This document shows positions 20,698-30,345 of a DNA stretch of 64,000 bases, in pieces. Origin of the DNA: Anaerolineae bacterium (lineage in GTDB: Bacteria; Chloroflexota; Anaerolineae; Epilineales; Epilineaceae). Numbering within the stretch: the stretch's first letter is position 1; each line of letters opens with the position of its first letter. Location: contig JBCLES010000010.1 in the NCBI GenBank assembly GCA_038913135.1, forward strand, positions 4,298 to 68,297, given 5' to 3'. The notes beneath the pieces are model-generated. The model was not told the origin of the DNA. It saw only the letters and a list, made by a program, of their open reading frames with translations, and searched no databases. Both the position numbers and the translations under genes were made by a program.

Positions 20698-21758
20698 ACG
20701 AGACGATGATCGGCGGAACTTTAGCGAAGTCTTCGATGGGATCCGCGCCGGCACCGACGGATACGGTCCTCGCGACGCCAGGACATGGATCGGCAGTCAT
20801 CGGCGGGGACGGGATGCTCGGGCGGGCAATCATGGCCGAGCTGAAGCGTGCGGGCGCTAGTTGTCGGAGTTGTACGGCACCGGCATCGCCCGCCGCGTCG
20901 GGCGAACTGCGCCGGGGTCTACAGACCGATTGTCCCGCGACCGTGTACTGGTCGCTTCCGGAGCGTGCCGGGATCGGGCGACACCGCCTGCAGCCGGCTT
21001 CGCTTGCCGTTCACGCGATGGCGTCGTTCATCGACATTTTAGACGCGTGTCGCGGCGTTGGCGTGGCACGTTTGGTGAACGTCGTGCCGCACTGCGCATA
21101 CCCCGGAGAAGGAGAGGTGCCGCTGCAGGAATCGGCGCTGTGGGACGGCCCGCCGGATCGAGGACTGTTGGCATACGGATCCGCTATGCGGACAACTATC
21201 GCTCTGGCAGAGGCGGCCCGTGCAGAGCATGGTCTGTTGACGCTTTCGGTGATCGTCACGGGCCTCTACGGCCCGGGCGATGTATTTGACACGGCGGAAG
21301 GCCAAGTGGTCGGGGCGATGGTGCGCCGGTTCGATGAAGCCGCGCGTTCCGGTGACGAGCGTGTGCGATGTTGGGGAGACGGGACCGCGGAGCGAGAGCT
21401 GCTCTTCGTTGACGACGCCGCTCGCGGGATCATCGCGCTTTCGACCGTGCCGGATGAGGAGGTCTCGGCGTGGCCCGAGGCCATTGTCAACATAGGCGGC
21501 TTGCACTCCGGAGCCGTTGTAGTTTCTACAACTGAGCTCGCCGAGGCGGTCGCTGCTGCCGTCGGTTACAGCGGGCGCATCGAGTGGGATGCTGCGGCGC
21601 CGAGTGGCAGGGCCCGCGTCGCTCTCGACGATACCCGCTTGTCGAGCCTGATTCGCGAGCAGCCGCCCCGCCCGCTGGAGGACGGGTTGGCGAGGACCGT
21701 AGCCGATTATCGGCGGCACGTTATTGTCGCCGGGCATCCTGCGGCCGCTTCCACGTGA
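20694..21758 (+). CDS. NAD-dependent epimerase/dehydratase family protein (GDP-fucose-synthase-like)
   Basis: Rossmann motif VIGGDGMLGRAI. The later region VTGLYGPGDVFDTAEGQVVGAMVRRFDEA...RCWGDGTAERELLFVDDAARG resembles Fcl/WcaG-type enzymes. The GTG at 20694 overlaps the upstream stop (GTGA). Confidence 0.65.
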   Translation: MNETMIGGTLAKSSMGSAPAPTDTVLATPGHGSAVIGGDGMLGRAIMAELKRAGASCRSCTAPASPAASGELRRGLQTDCPATVYWSLPERAGIGRHRLQPASLAVHAMASFIDILDACRGVGVARLVNVVPHCAYPGEGEVPLQESALWDGPPDRGLLAYGSAMRTTIALAEAARAEHGLLTLSVIVTGLYGPGDVFDTAEGQVVGAMVRRFDEAARSGDERVRCWGDGTAERELLFVDDAARGIIALSTVPDEEVSAWPEAIVNIGGLHSGAVVVSTTELAEAVAAAVGYSGRIEWDAAAPSGRARVALDDTRLSSLIREQPPRPLEDGLARTVADYRRHVIVAGHPAAAST

Positions 21759-23500
21759 AGGCCACACGCCCGCGGGTCATAATCGTACCGACGCTCGAAG
21801 AGGCAGCGACCATCGGCGAGTGCCTCAAGGCCCTCGCCGCGCTGCACGATTGCGACGTCCTGGTCATCGACGACTCTTCTCAGGACGGTACGGCTGACAT
21901 CGCCCGCAGCTTTGCCGGCAACCATCAGAGCGTGCTCGTATCGGTACGAGCAGGTGTGGCTGCGCGGCCAGGACTCGGAAATGCGCTGCGCTACGCCTTC
22001 GACCTCGCCGCCGAGCTCGGCTACCGTGCTGCATGCGTTTTCGACTCCGATCTGCAGCAACGCCCTTCGGACGCCCGACGCCTACTCGACGGGGTCGAGT
22101 ACGGTGCGGATGTGGCGGTAGGGTCGAGGTGGATGGACCCGAACGATATCGGCGCGGGGGTCGTGGCCGGGTCGAGGTGGATGGGCATCGACGATGTCGG
22201 CGCGGAGGTCGTGGCCAGGCCGAGGTGGATGGCGACGGATTATGTCGATTCGCAGGCGACTCGATCAAGCCGCTTCGCCTCCGCGCTACTGCGACGGATC
22301 TTCGGCGTTCCGTGGCGCGACGCGACGACGGACTTCATGGCCATCCGACTGGAGTGCTGGACGCCGGAACTGTCTACCGCCGTTCGAGCAGGCGGATTGT
22401 TCGCGGCGTTCGAGATCCGGTGGCGTATCGCCCATGCCGGCGGCATCGTCGTCGAACATGCCGCACCTTGTCGGCCGCGTGCCGCCGGGCGCGCGCATGG
22501 GGGCTGGAAGCGGACGGGGGGCTGGGCGCTGGACGTCCTCCGGTTGGCGCGCGAGGTTCTCAGCCAAACGTCGGAAACAGCAAAGCAAAGTGAGCCTTTC
22601 GCGCACCAGCAGGCGTCAAGAATCGCGCCGGCGGTTTCGATGGAGGCGACGTCACGGTTCGCGGCGGCGGCTCCGAGCGCGGCGGCGACGGCGAATAAAG
22701 CGGCGTGCGACAACCTGGCAAGCGACGGTCGACGGATCAGTGTCGGCGAGCCCGATCCTGCATTGGACAGCGGCGCCGAGTCAAGAGGCGCCGAGTCAGC
22801 TACCGCGGTTCCCGGTGCCACTCCATCCGACAACTCGCCCGGCCCGGAGCGCGTCGCAAGGCTGATTGCGGCCGGCGTACCGTTGAAGCTGCATTTGGCG
22901 TGTGGCAAGCGGTTCATCCCGGGCTGGGTGCACGTCGATGTTGACGACTGGCCGCATGTTGACCTCGTGCAAGCCGTCGAGCGCTTGCCGTTTCCGGATG
23001 CTTCAGCGGCGGTGATCTACAACTGCCATCAGATCGCCTATTTCGATCGCGTGACCGTGCTGGATGTGCTGGCTGAGTGGCGGCGTGTACTCCAGCCCGG
23101 CGGGATATTGCGAATCGCGACCGCCGACTTCCAAGCCGTTGCAGCAGAATACGCGCTCGGCCGGACGCTCGAGTCGTTCGACGGGCTGATCCACGGTCGC
23201 TATCCCATCCGAGCTTCGAGCGCACGCCGACTCGGCCTGGATACCGCCGCCGCCAACAGTGCCGCCGGAAACGGTCGAGACGGACTACCGATTCCCATCT
23301 TCTACCACACGACATACGACTTCGAAACGCTGCGCGCGGCGCTCGAGCGAGCGGGCTTCCTGGACGTTCACCGCTACGACTGGCGCTCGACGGAGCATGC
23401 CTTGGTCGATGATTACTCGCAGGCCTATTTACCGCACATGGATAAGGACAATGGTCGGCTGATGAGCCTGAACGTCGAAACGCGGAAGCCAACCGAGTGA
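21755..23500 (+). CDS. Fusion protein: GT2 glycosyltransferase (N-terminal) plus class I SAM-dependent methyltransferase (C-terminal)
   Basis: N-terminal VIIVPTLEEAATIGECL...VIDDSSQDGT...FDSDLQ (GT2/DPM1-like). C-terminal LHLACGKRFIPGWVHVDV...VLQPGGILRIATAD (methyltransferase type 11-like). A single uninterrupted frame whose GTG start overlaps the upstream stop. Confidence 0.7.
   Translation: MKATRPRVIIVPTLEEAATIGECLKALAALHDCDVLVIDDSSQDGTADIARSFAGNHQSVLVSVRAGVAARPGLGNALRYAFDLAAELGYRAACVFDSDLQQRPSDARRLLDGVEYGADVAVGSRWMDPNDIGAGVVAGSRWMGIDDVGAEVVARPRWMATDYVDSQATRSSRFASALLRRIFGVPWRDATTDFMAIRLECWTPELSTAVRAGGLFAAFEIRWRIAHAGGIVVEHAAPCRPRAAGRAHGGWKRTGGWALDVLRLAREVLSQTSETAKQSEPFAHQQASRIAPAVSMEATSRFAAAAPSAAATANKAACDNLASDGRRISVGEPDPALDSGAESRGAESATAVPGATPSDNSPGPERVARLIAAGVPLKLHLACGKRFIPGWVHVDVDDWPHVDLVQAVERLPFPDASAAVIYNCHQIAYFDRVTVLDVLAEWRRVLQPGGILRIATADFQAVAAEYALGRTLESFDGLIHGRYPIRASSARRLGLDTAAANSAAGNGRDGLPIPIFYHTTYDFETLRAALERAGFLDVHRYDWRSTEHALVDDYSQAYLPHMDKDNGRLMSLNVETRKPTE
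22121..22238 (+). repeat. In-frame 48-bp tandem repeat (about 2.5 copies) inside the GT2 domain
   Basis: Units at 22121-22168 and 22169-22216 plus a partial third, encoding GSRWMDPNDIGAGVVA / GSRWMGIDDVGAEVVA / RPRWMATDYVDS. Confidence 0.85.
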
Positions 23501-25176
23501 ATAGCCTCGACCACGCGTCAGCCGGCCGAGGGGAGAAGATAGCGCGCGTTCCCGATCGCGCACCGCGGCTGACCTCGACAATCGTCATTCTGGTGGCGGC
23601 AGGCATAACCTGGACGGCGGCCGCGGCTTATGCGGCTTCGGCTTTCGAGTTGGCGACTCTGGGGCAGGATGTGGAACTCGGCTTCGCCGACGCGGTAATG
23701 GCCGACGCCGCGAGTTGGCGCTTCGCCGGTCAGCCAATATACGGCACTCTCGCCGTCGGCTACGCCGGGCCGCCGTATGCGCCAGGCATGCCGTTGCTCG
23801 TCGGTGTGCTGATGGGCATCCGACTGTGGAGTGGCTGGCCGCTCCTGGTCACATACGCCTGCGGCCTCGCCCTCATCCCCCTATCGATGTTCGCTTTGCG
23901 CGGCACTTCCCCTGTCACGGCAAGCGCTAGACGCAACGTCGCCGCACTGACCACCGCCCTTGCACCGGCCCACCTCGTCGCCGTTCCGCTCGTGGTGCCA
24001 CTTTCGCTTCTGCACGAAGGCAGGGCGGACCTCATGTCATGGGTGTTGGCGATGCTGGCGGTGGTTATTGCGGATCGAGCGGCGGGAGCTGCGGACCGAG
24101 CGGCCGGAGCGGCGGGCGCAGCTGGCGTTGCGGCCGGTCTAGGATTCGCGTTCAAGCAGACGGCCGGGATCGCGATAGTGGCTGTCGTTGTGGCCGGGCT
24201 GTGGCGTCGCGGGCCGGCGTTTCGACAACTCCTGCCGTTTCTCGTTGGGGCGGGGGCCGTCGGGGTTGCGGTCGTGGGCGGTGTGATGCTGAACTCCGGT
24301 CAGGTGGGAGTTCACGCACTCCTCTTCGACGGCCCCGTGTTCGACCGTGCGATCGGCTGGGCGCCTGCGCTCGCAGCGCTGGTCGTCTTCGTTGGGCCGG
24401 CGGTATTGGCGTGGGTGGTATCGCAGGCGATAGTCCGCCGCGCCGTTGGGGTGGCCGCTTGGAGGGCAGGGTTGCGTGAGCACGCCGCGGTCATTGCCTT
24501 GGCGGTGGTCGGCATGCCCGCCGCGGCGGCACTACTGCGCTTCGACGGCTCTGACAGCAATCAGATGATCGGCATCGCTCTGGCTTGGACTTGGTCAATG
24601 GCACGCACGGCTCGCACGGCTGCCGCCGCGTCCGCGCATGGCGCAGCGGCGTCCGTCGTGTGCATGCTGGGGCTGGCCGTTTTCATTTCACCCCCATGGC
24701 AGCGGGCGGCTCAAACCATCCTGTCGGGCTTTGACCGCACTGAACCGATCTCGGCGGGGACGGTTTTCCGGCGGGTGTCACCCGCCACTACGACGGATCT
24801 CGCCCGCTTCGCACAGCCCGATGCGGTCGCGCTGGTGTGCGGCCAGGAGGCGGCGCGATGGTCCGAAGCTTCCTTCTACGACGCGCGCAAGCCCTATCGA
24901 GACGCGGTACGCACCGGCCGAATCGTTCCTGGAATCATCGGTTTGGTCGACGGATACGCGATCGGCCGCGGCCCGGCCACGCCGCTGCTCGCGGCGATCC
25001 GTGGTCGGCACTTCGCGTGCATCGTCGAGCCCGAGCTGCTCGATCGGCCGACCTGGCTTGAGTACATTGGAGAGCGAGACGCGACTAGCTTCGCGGAACT
25101 CGGGGATGCGGTTCGGGAAGCGTACGAACCGAGCGGGCGGCAATTCGAAGGTCGATCCATCTGGTGGCCGCGGTAG
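23497..25176 (+). CDS. Polytopic integral membrane protein, possibly a GT-C-type glycosyltransferase or glycan polymerase
   Basis: 559 aa with more than 10 predicted hydrophobic helices and a soluble C-terminal domain of about 100 aa. The start overlaps the upstream stop (GTGA). Function is inferred from operon context only. Confidence 0.45.
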   Translation: MNSLDHASAGRGEKIARVPDRAPRLTSTIVILVAAGITWTAAAAYAASAFELATLGQDVELGFADAVMADAASWRFAGQPIYGTLAVGYAGPPYAPGMPLLVGVLMGIRLWSGWPLLVTYACGLALIPLSMFALRGTSPVTASARRNVAALTTALAPAHLVAVPLVVPLSLLHEGRADLMSWVLAMLAVVIADRAAGAADRAAGAAGAAGVAAGLGFAFKQTAGIAIVAVVVAGLWRRGPAFRQLLPFLVGAGAVGVAVVGGVMLNSGQVGVHALLFDGPVFDRAIGWAPALAALVVFVGPAVLAWVVSQAIVRRAVGVAAWRAGLREHAAVIALAVVGMPAAAALLRFDGSDSNQMIGIALAWTWSMARTARTAAAASAHGAAASVVCMLGLAVFISPPWQRAAQTILSGFDRTEPISAGTVFRRVSPATTTDLARFAQPDAVALVCGQEAARWSEASFYDARKPYRDAVRTGRIVPGIIGLVDGYAIGRGPATPLLAAIRGRHFACIVEPELLDRPTWLEYIGERDATSFAELGDAVREAYEPSGRQFEGRSIWWPR

Positions 25177-25482
25177 CTCGTGATCGCGGATCGATTCGAG
25201 GCAGCGCTAAAGCTCGAAGAACGGCGTTACGGAGCGCGAAGGCATGCTGCGGGCTGCGGGTTCCGAAAGTCGCGGTCGACGCGAGACTCAGCCTCGATCA
25301 ATGCAAAGTCGGATTGCGTTCGCCATGCTGCGATACGGCCCGCGGATCACGCTCCTTGCAGGGCTTGCTCCTTGCAGCCCTTGCATTGACTCGGAGTAGG
25401 TCCGGCCGTTAGACTCGTGCGGCAAACGCGACGTCGGGCTCGGCGGAAATCTGCGTTCCATAGGGTGCGAGTGAATCGGACA

Positions 25483-26172
25483 ATGACCACCATCTTCATC
25501 GGCGACATCCATGGCTGCGCGATTGAATTCGAAGCGCTTCTTGACGCGCTTCGTTACGATCCCGAGCGCGACCGTCTCCTACTCACCGGCGACCTCTTTT
25601 CGCGCGGTCCGGAGCCTTTGGGTGTCTGGCGTGCGGTGCTGCGAACCGGTGCGGAAGTAGTCATGGGCAATCATGATGTCCGCCTCCTCAAACAGTTCCG
25701 GGCTCTGCTCTCAGGAGCAGCGCTGACGATCGAGAACGCTGACGAACAGCGAGTCGTCGATGCTCTGCTCCCATTCGGCGACGCCGTCCTCACATGGCTG
25801 GAAAATCAACCCTTCTTTGTTCGCGAGCCGGAATTCCTGCTTGTGCACGCCGGAATCCATCCCGTGCTTGGACTCGAGGCGACCCCCAACAAAATGCTGT
25901 ACACCCTTCGGCTGTGGCCACCTGCGAAGGGGATCGTGGGACCGCGTTGGCACGAATTCTATGATCCGTCGCCCGACGCACTACCTATCATCTTCGGCCA
26001 TGACGCTCCAGGTGGTCTTGTCGTGAAGCGCAGGCCGGACGGATCGCCGACGCTTATCGGGTTGGACAGCGGATGTGTTTACGGCGGCTCTCTCAGTGCA
26101 TGGCGGATGGAGGACGACGAGATCGTCCAATTGCAGAGCGGACAGAATCCGAAGGTCGGCCCCTTCGCATAG
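25483..26172 (+). CDS. Metallophosphoesterase (ApaH/PrpE-like Ser/Thr phosphatase family)
   Basis: MTTIFIGDIHGC, LLLTGDLFSRGP, VMGNHD and LVHAGI are the calcineurin-like phosphoesterase motifs. Confidence 0.75.
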   Translation: MTTIFIGDIHGCAIEFEALLDALRYDPERDRLLLTGDLFSRGPEPLGVWRAVLRTGAEVVMGNHDVRLLKQFRALLSGAALTIENADEQRVVDALLPFGDAVLTWLENQPFFVREPEFLLVHAGIHPVLGLEATPNKMLYTLRLWPPAKGIVGPRWHEFYDPSPDALPIIFGHDAPGGLVVKRRPDGSPTLIGLDSGCVYGGSLSAWRMEDDEIVQLQSGQNPKVGPFA

Positions 26173-26208
26173 AGCGCAAATCGGTCGAAATCAGCCTCCG
26201 CACCCTGA

Positions 26209-26982
26209 TCACATGCGGTTGACCAGAAGCCAGCCGCTGACGAAGATCGCCGCGTCGACAATTCCGTGGCTCAGCCACGCACCATAGAGATGCCCATGCC
26301 GCGCGCGCATCCCACACCACATCGCTCCTCCGAGTGAAACGGAGCCGGCGAGCAGCAGGGCAAGCGGCGTCACTCCGTCGAAGAATGTCGCGAGCAGCAG
26401 TAAGTGGTGAGCGCCGAAAGCGAGCGATGCGATCAAGATCGCATACGGGCGGGCAAGCGAATCTTCGAGTCCAGCCATAACGAAGCCCCGCCAATACCAT
26501 TCTTCGAGCCCGGAATGAACAAGCGCATAGAACACTCCGAACGCCGTGAACGCGGCAAGCGAGTCGATGCCGAAGGCATCTTGACGCTCTCGACTCGTCT
26601 CTATAAGTGGGCTCAGAGCACCGGATGGTGCAAGCCAAAGAAACACTGCGGCGAGTCCCACGGTCACGATCCCGGCGCCGGCAAGTAGTCCCTCCGCGAA
26701 GTGCCTGCGCGTCGCCGGCGCCTTTGGCCACTGCCCGCGTCCGCCCAAAAGAAGCCACGTTATCGGCAGCGCGAACTGGAAAATCTTACCGCCGGCGAAG
26801 GCGACCTGCGGCCAAGGTTGAGGTGCGTTCATGAGCCGCACGAAGTACACCCACGTAATCACCGTGGGCACGGCAAGGCCAAGCAACACCACGACACGTC
26901 GGGCGAAAGTGCGCGGTTGATCTTGTGTCACGTTGATCGTCGCCTCCTGCCTCCCTACCCGATTTCCGACCAATCTCGTCAC
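26209..26982 (-). CDS. CPBP family intramembrane glutamic endopeptidase (CAAX protease-like)
   Basis: Multi-TM protein with the EEWYWRGF (EExxxR) and FGAHH (FxxxH) motifs and a C-terminal His (LSHGIVDA). Confidence 0.75.
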   Translation of the reverse strand: MTRLVGNRVGRQEATINVTQDQPRTFARRVVVLLGLAVPTVITWVYFVRLMNAPQPWPQVAFAGGKIFQFALPITWLLLGGRGQWPKAPATRRHFAEGLLAGAGIVTVGLAAVFLWLAPSGALSPLIETSRERQDAFGIDSLAAFTAFGVFYALVHSGLEEWYWRGFVMAGLEDSLARPYAILIASLAFGAHHLLLLATFFDGVTPLALLLAGSVSLGGAMWCGMRARHGHLYGAWLSHGIVDAAIFVSGWLLVNRM

Positions 26983-27049
26983 AGCGCTTGGGCCATCGGC
27001 AAGCGCATCTCACCGCCCACCGCCCAAAGATGGCCTCTTTTTCACCAAC

Positions 27050-27134
27050 GGTGCACAAGCTGTGGAAAGCTTTGTGGATGACTCTCCCGTCCCTGTGGAT
27101 GCCGGTGGACGGGCTCGAAAATTGGGGTGGACAA
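27050..27134 (+). promoter_or_regulatory. Cluster of co-oriented DnaA-box-like 9-mers
   Basis: GGTGCACAA 27050, TGTGGAAAG 27061, TGTGGATGA 27073, TGTGGATGC 27094, GGTGGACGG 27104 and GGTGGACAA 27126. Compared with TGTGGATAA/TGTGGACAA these are 6-8 of 9 matches, all in the same orientation, with spacings of about 10-12 or 21-22 bp. Confidence 0.35.
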
Positions 27135-27737
27135 GACTCCGAGCAATTTTAAGGAAAACCCCTTGACGTGCCGAGCGCTACCGAATACCCTTCTTCCTGT
27201 ACCAGGTTCCGATAGTCACAGGAGCCTCGGCCTTAACAAGTGATCGCATCGGACGCGCAGGTTCAGGCCCGCGCGGCCCGATCATCATCCAAAGCGGGCG
27301 ACATGTCGGCGATTTCAAGCATTCGCGCCACTATCGAAAGCCGGACGCGGCGATTGGCCAAGTATGGCGCGGAAAGCCGGACAAGCTGCAGACTTACCGG
27401 CCAACGCACGACTTCGTCCCACGGCAGATCTGATCATCCCGAGCTTCTTAGGACGCCAAGGAAGACCACATTTTGCCAAGGGCATCGACGTACCCACAAG
27501 GCGGTCGATGACGAGAACGCGTTCACCGCGCAGGATGATTCGGCGATCACTTCGATAGGTTGAGGATCCCACGGCAATTGGAACCTGGTCTCTTTTTAAA
27601 GTCTGGCACTCCGGCTCACTGGATGTGTCGGGTAGTGAGGGCGCCGATGCGCCTTGCACCCTTTTTAGACTCGACCTCGCTGTCGTCCGGATTTCGTTCC
27701 CGTTTGCGCTCACCTTCGAGAGTCGAGCGAAGTCGGA

Positions 27738-30182
27738 TCATCCGTCCGCAGCACACCGGAACCCGATGTGATCGCTCCGGCCCGTCGCGTCGTACAGAAC
27801 ACGTACTGACGACCGGAGCAGAGCCTCGCTGTTCAACCAACTCCCGCCTCGGATGATCCACGTGTCGGTTCCGTTCTCCTGCGTCTGCCCATCGCTTGTC
27901 CACTCCCACACGTTGCCGGCCATGTCGAGAATGCCCCAAGGACTGGCGCCGTCGTCCATGAGACCGACCGAACGAGTGTGGACACTGCCGGGCACGGCGG
28001 TAACTCCGAAGTGCGCTCTGCCTTCGGCCGGCTCGTCACCCCACGGATAGTTTCGGCCTTCGGTTCCTCGGGCCGCTTTCTCCCACTCAAGCTCGGTGGG
28101 CAGCCGTCGTCGGGTCCATGCGCAATAGGTAAATGCATCGAACCAACTCACTTGGACCACCGGGTGGCGCATGAGATCGGTCGCGTCAGTCTCGAGACCG
28201 CGCGGATTGCGCCACGTCGCGCCCGCGACCGGAACCCAGCCGTCACCTTCACGCACAAAACCCACGTCCTGAGCTTCGGCGATCGTCACGTGACCGGTCT
28301 CGTCGACAAAGCGCTGGAATCGTTCATTGGTGACTTCGGTCCGATCGATCCAGAAGCCGCCGATCTCACGGCTCCCTTGCTCGAGGGCACCTTCCGAAAG
28401 CACTGTGCCGTCGTCGCCGATCGGGTCGCCCGCGATGAATGACCCCGCGGGGACGAAGACTTCGATCTCCACGTCAAAGGCTATCCGCGTAGAGCCGCCG
28501 GACGGAACCGTAGCGGGCACGGTCGAACCCTGCGCCGGTGATGTTGTTCCGTCAGTTTCGCCGGTTGGCGGCTCTACCGCGCCATCTCCGGGCTTGGATC
28601 GCGAGCCACCGCGCGCTCCGAAGACTTCGTTCGAAGGATCATCCACCTCGCCTCCCAGCAAACCTACAAACGACGGCGACTCAATCCGCGGACGGCGGAA
28701 TGGGCTTTCCGGGCGCGTAGCTGTTTCGTCGGCGCCCGTCGCAAGCGCTTTGAGTCGTGAACCAAGCGGCACAGCGAGGCCGGCCAGAATGACGATAGTC
28801 GCCAATCCCAAAGTACCGACAAGTACTCGTGGGTCGACCGATCGCGTTTCGTTCGCCTTCGAAGTCGCGGGCATCTCGATTGACTCGGCCCCGTCGACCA
28901 AATCGGCAGCGTCGACTGTGTCGATGACGTCGTCGGCGTCGATAGCATTGATTCCGTCAACTCTATCGTTCTCCGAAATGCCGCGCGCGTCTCGACGTCG
29001 CCTGATACTTTCTCCCGGCCGCACATCTCGTCCGACCGAGCGCGATCGGGCAGCGTCACGGGCGACAGACCAGCGAAGGCTCGATCGGCCGGCTGAGACT
29101 CGAACCTCGTCATTGGCAGTATCGCCGGAGGCAGGCTCATCAATGCCGGACGACGGCTCGCGACTGCCGGACGACGGTTCGCGACCGCTAGGTGACCGCT
29201 CGCTTCCTCGGGTACTTCCCTCGCGAGTCCATTCGGGCGAAGCGACGTGACGCTGAATGCCCGTTCGCTCCGGACTTCGTACCCGATCAGATGAGAGCAC
29301 ACCGGCGCCGTCGAGCGCTTCCGCGAAAGATGCGGCGCTCGACCATCGATCCGCTGGACGTGTCTCCAGCGCTTTCAAGAGCGCCTGCTCTATCAACTGC
29401 GCACTCCATGGACCGATCGACCCTTCAATCGCCGCCGCGGCCGAAAGCGCATCCGAGGACGCGACCGAAGGCGCGACCGACGACGCTGCCGAGCTGTCGA
29501 CATCTGACCCATACCGCCCGGTCGAGTTCGGCATCGGCTGCGCGCCCGTCAAGAGGTGAAAGAGCGTTGCCCCGGCGCCGTACACGTCGGCGCTGAAGTC
29601 GCCGGCCCTGCCCTCCGGCGGGCGATACGGGCGAAGGTCAGGACGGATCGGTCCGCCCGCTTCCGGCGGAGAAAACGGATTGGCGTGCCGATTAGCGCCG
29701 AATCCGACCAGCACCGGTCCGGCATCCGCCGACAATATGATATTGGCCGGTCTAACATCCAGATGAGCTACTGCATGCGGCGCGCCCGTGTGCAACGCAT
29801 GGATCGCCTTGAGCACGGTACGCATCCAGCCGAGAGCGCGCTCCGGTGTGACCGAACCCGGCATTGAAGCCAGAAGGTCTCTAAGGCTTGGGCCGGCGAC
29901 AAACTCGGTGATGAGCCAAATGGCCTCGTGCTCCTCGAACACGTCGTAGACTGTGACGAGCGCGGGGTGGGAGACTATGGCCATACCGGAGGCGTCATGA
30001 AAGTAGCGTCGGCGACGCGCGGCATCGGCCGAATGGAAGCCGAGCGCCACGCACGTGCGGCCTGCCAGCTGTGTGTCGGAAACCAGCTGGACATCGCCTC
30101 CGCGTCCGAGTGGCTTCTGAACCGCGTAACGACCGCCGATAAGCATGCCGGGCTCGATCAACATCGGATTCCTCCGACGCAC
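27738..30182 (-). CDS. Transmembrane protein: N-terminal Ser/Thr-kinase-like (apparently degenerate) domain, one TM helix, C-terminal FGE/SUMF1-like domain
   Basis: Kinase fold: [17 protein letters not shown] ... [11 protein letters not shown] ... YRPPE ... [17 protein letters not shown] helix: [21 protein letters not shown]-terminal [16 protein letters not shown]...[17 protein letters not shown]...[14 protein letters not shown]...GNVWEWTSD...IIRGGSW...IGFRCA is the FGE-sulfatase fold. Confidence 0.85.
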   Translation of the reverse strand: MRRRNPMLIEPGMLIGGRYAVQKPLGRGGDVQLVSDTQLAGRTCVALGFHSADAARRRRYFHDASGMAIVSHPALVTVYDVFEEHEAIWLITEFVAGPSLRDLLASMPGSVTPERALGWMRTVLKAIHALHTGAPHAVAHLDVRPANIILSADAGPVLVGFGANRHANPFSPPEAGGPIRPDLRPYRPPEGRAGDFSADVYGAGATLFHLLTGAQPMPNSTGRYGSDVDSSAASSVAPSVASSDALSAAAAIEGSIGPWSAQLIEQALLKALETRPADRWSSAASFAEALDGAGVLSSDRVRSPERTGIQRHVASPEWTREGSTRGSERSPSGREPSSGSREPSSGIDEPASGDTANDEVRVSAGRSSLRWSVARDAARSRSVGRDVRPGESIRRRRDARGISENDRVDGINAIDADDVIDTVDAADLVDGAESIEMPATSKANETRSVDPRVLVGTLGLATIVILAGLAVPLGSRLKALATGADETATRPESPFRRPRIESPSFVGLLGGEVDDPSNEVFGARGGSRSKPGDGAVEPPTGETDGTTSPAQGSTVPATVPSGGSTRIAFDVEIEVFVPAGSFIAGDPIGDDGTVLSEGALEQGSREIGGFWIDRTEVTNERFQRFVDETGHVTIAEAQDVGFVREGDGWVPVAGATWRNPRGLETDATDLMRHPVVQVSWFDAFTYCAWTRRRLPTELEWEKAARGTEGRNYPWGDEPAEGRAHFGVTAVPGSVHTRSVGLMDDGASPWGILDMAGNVWEWTSDGQTQENGTDTWIIRGGSWLNSEALLRSSVRVLYDATGRSDHIGFRCAADG

Positions 30183-30345
30183 TTGCCCCGCGGGCGGGCG
30201 GGCGGCGATAATCCCAGGCGGACCAACTCGGCGATGAGCATCGCGGAACGCTAGCAGTGGGCCAGTTACCGGTCAACGGAAAGTATGAGGTCTGTGTCTG
30301 TGGTAAGTGATCGGACCGGTGAGGTCCTTCAGGGGGGTCGAAGTT

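Noticed and set aside
21584-21754. N-terminal extensions of track ORFs (for example 21584, 20664, 4766, 8813..10543, 34404, 44618, 46405 and 58658..59986)
   Set aside because: In each case the conserved domain begins at an internal ATG or GTG that forms a 1-4-nt overlap with the upstream stop codon or has an RBS. The extension also overlaps the preceding gene or the SRP RNA.
27240-27713. ORFs 27240..27563(+) and 27315..27713(-) in the 755-bp gap
   Set aside because: The two ORFs overlap each other on opposite strands. They are Arg/Ser-rich, and they show no domain signature or plausible start context. The gap is treated as non-coding.
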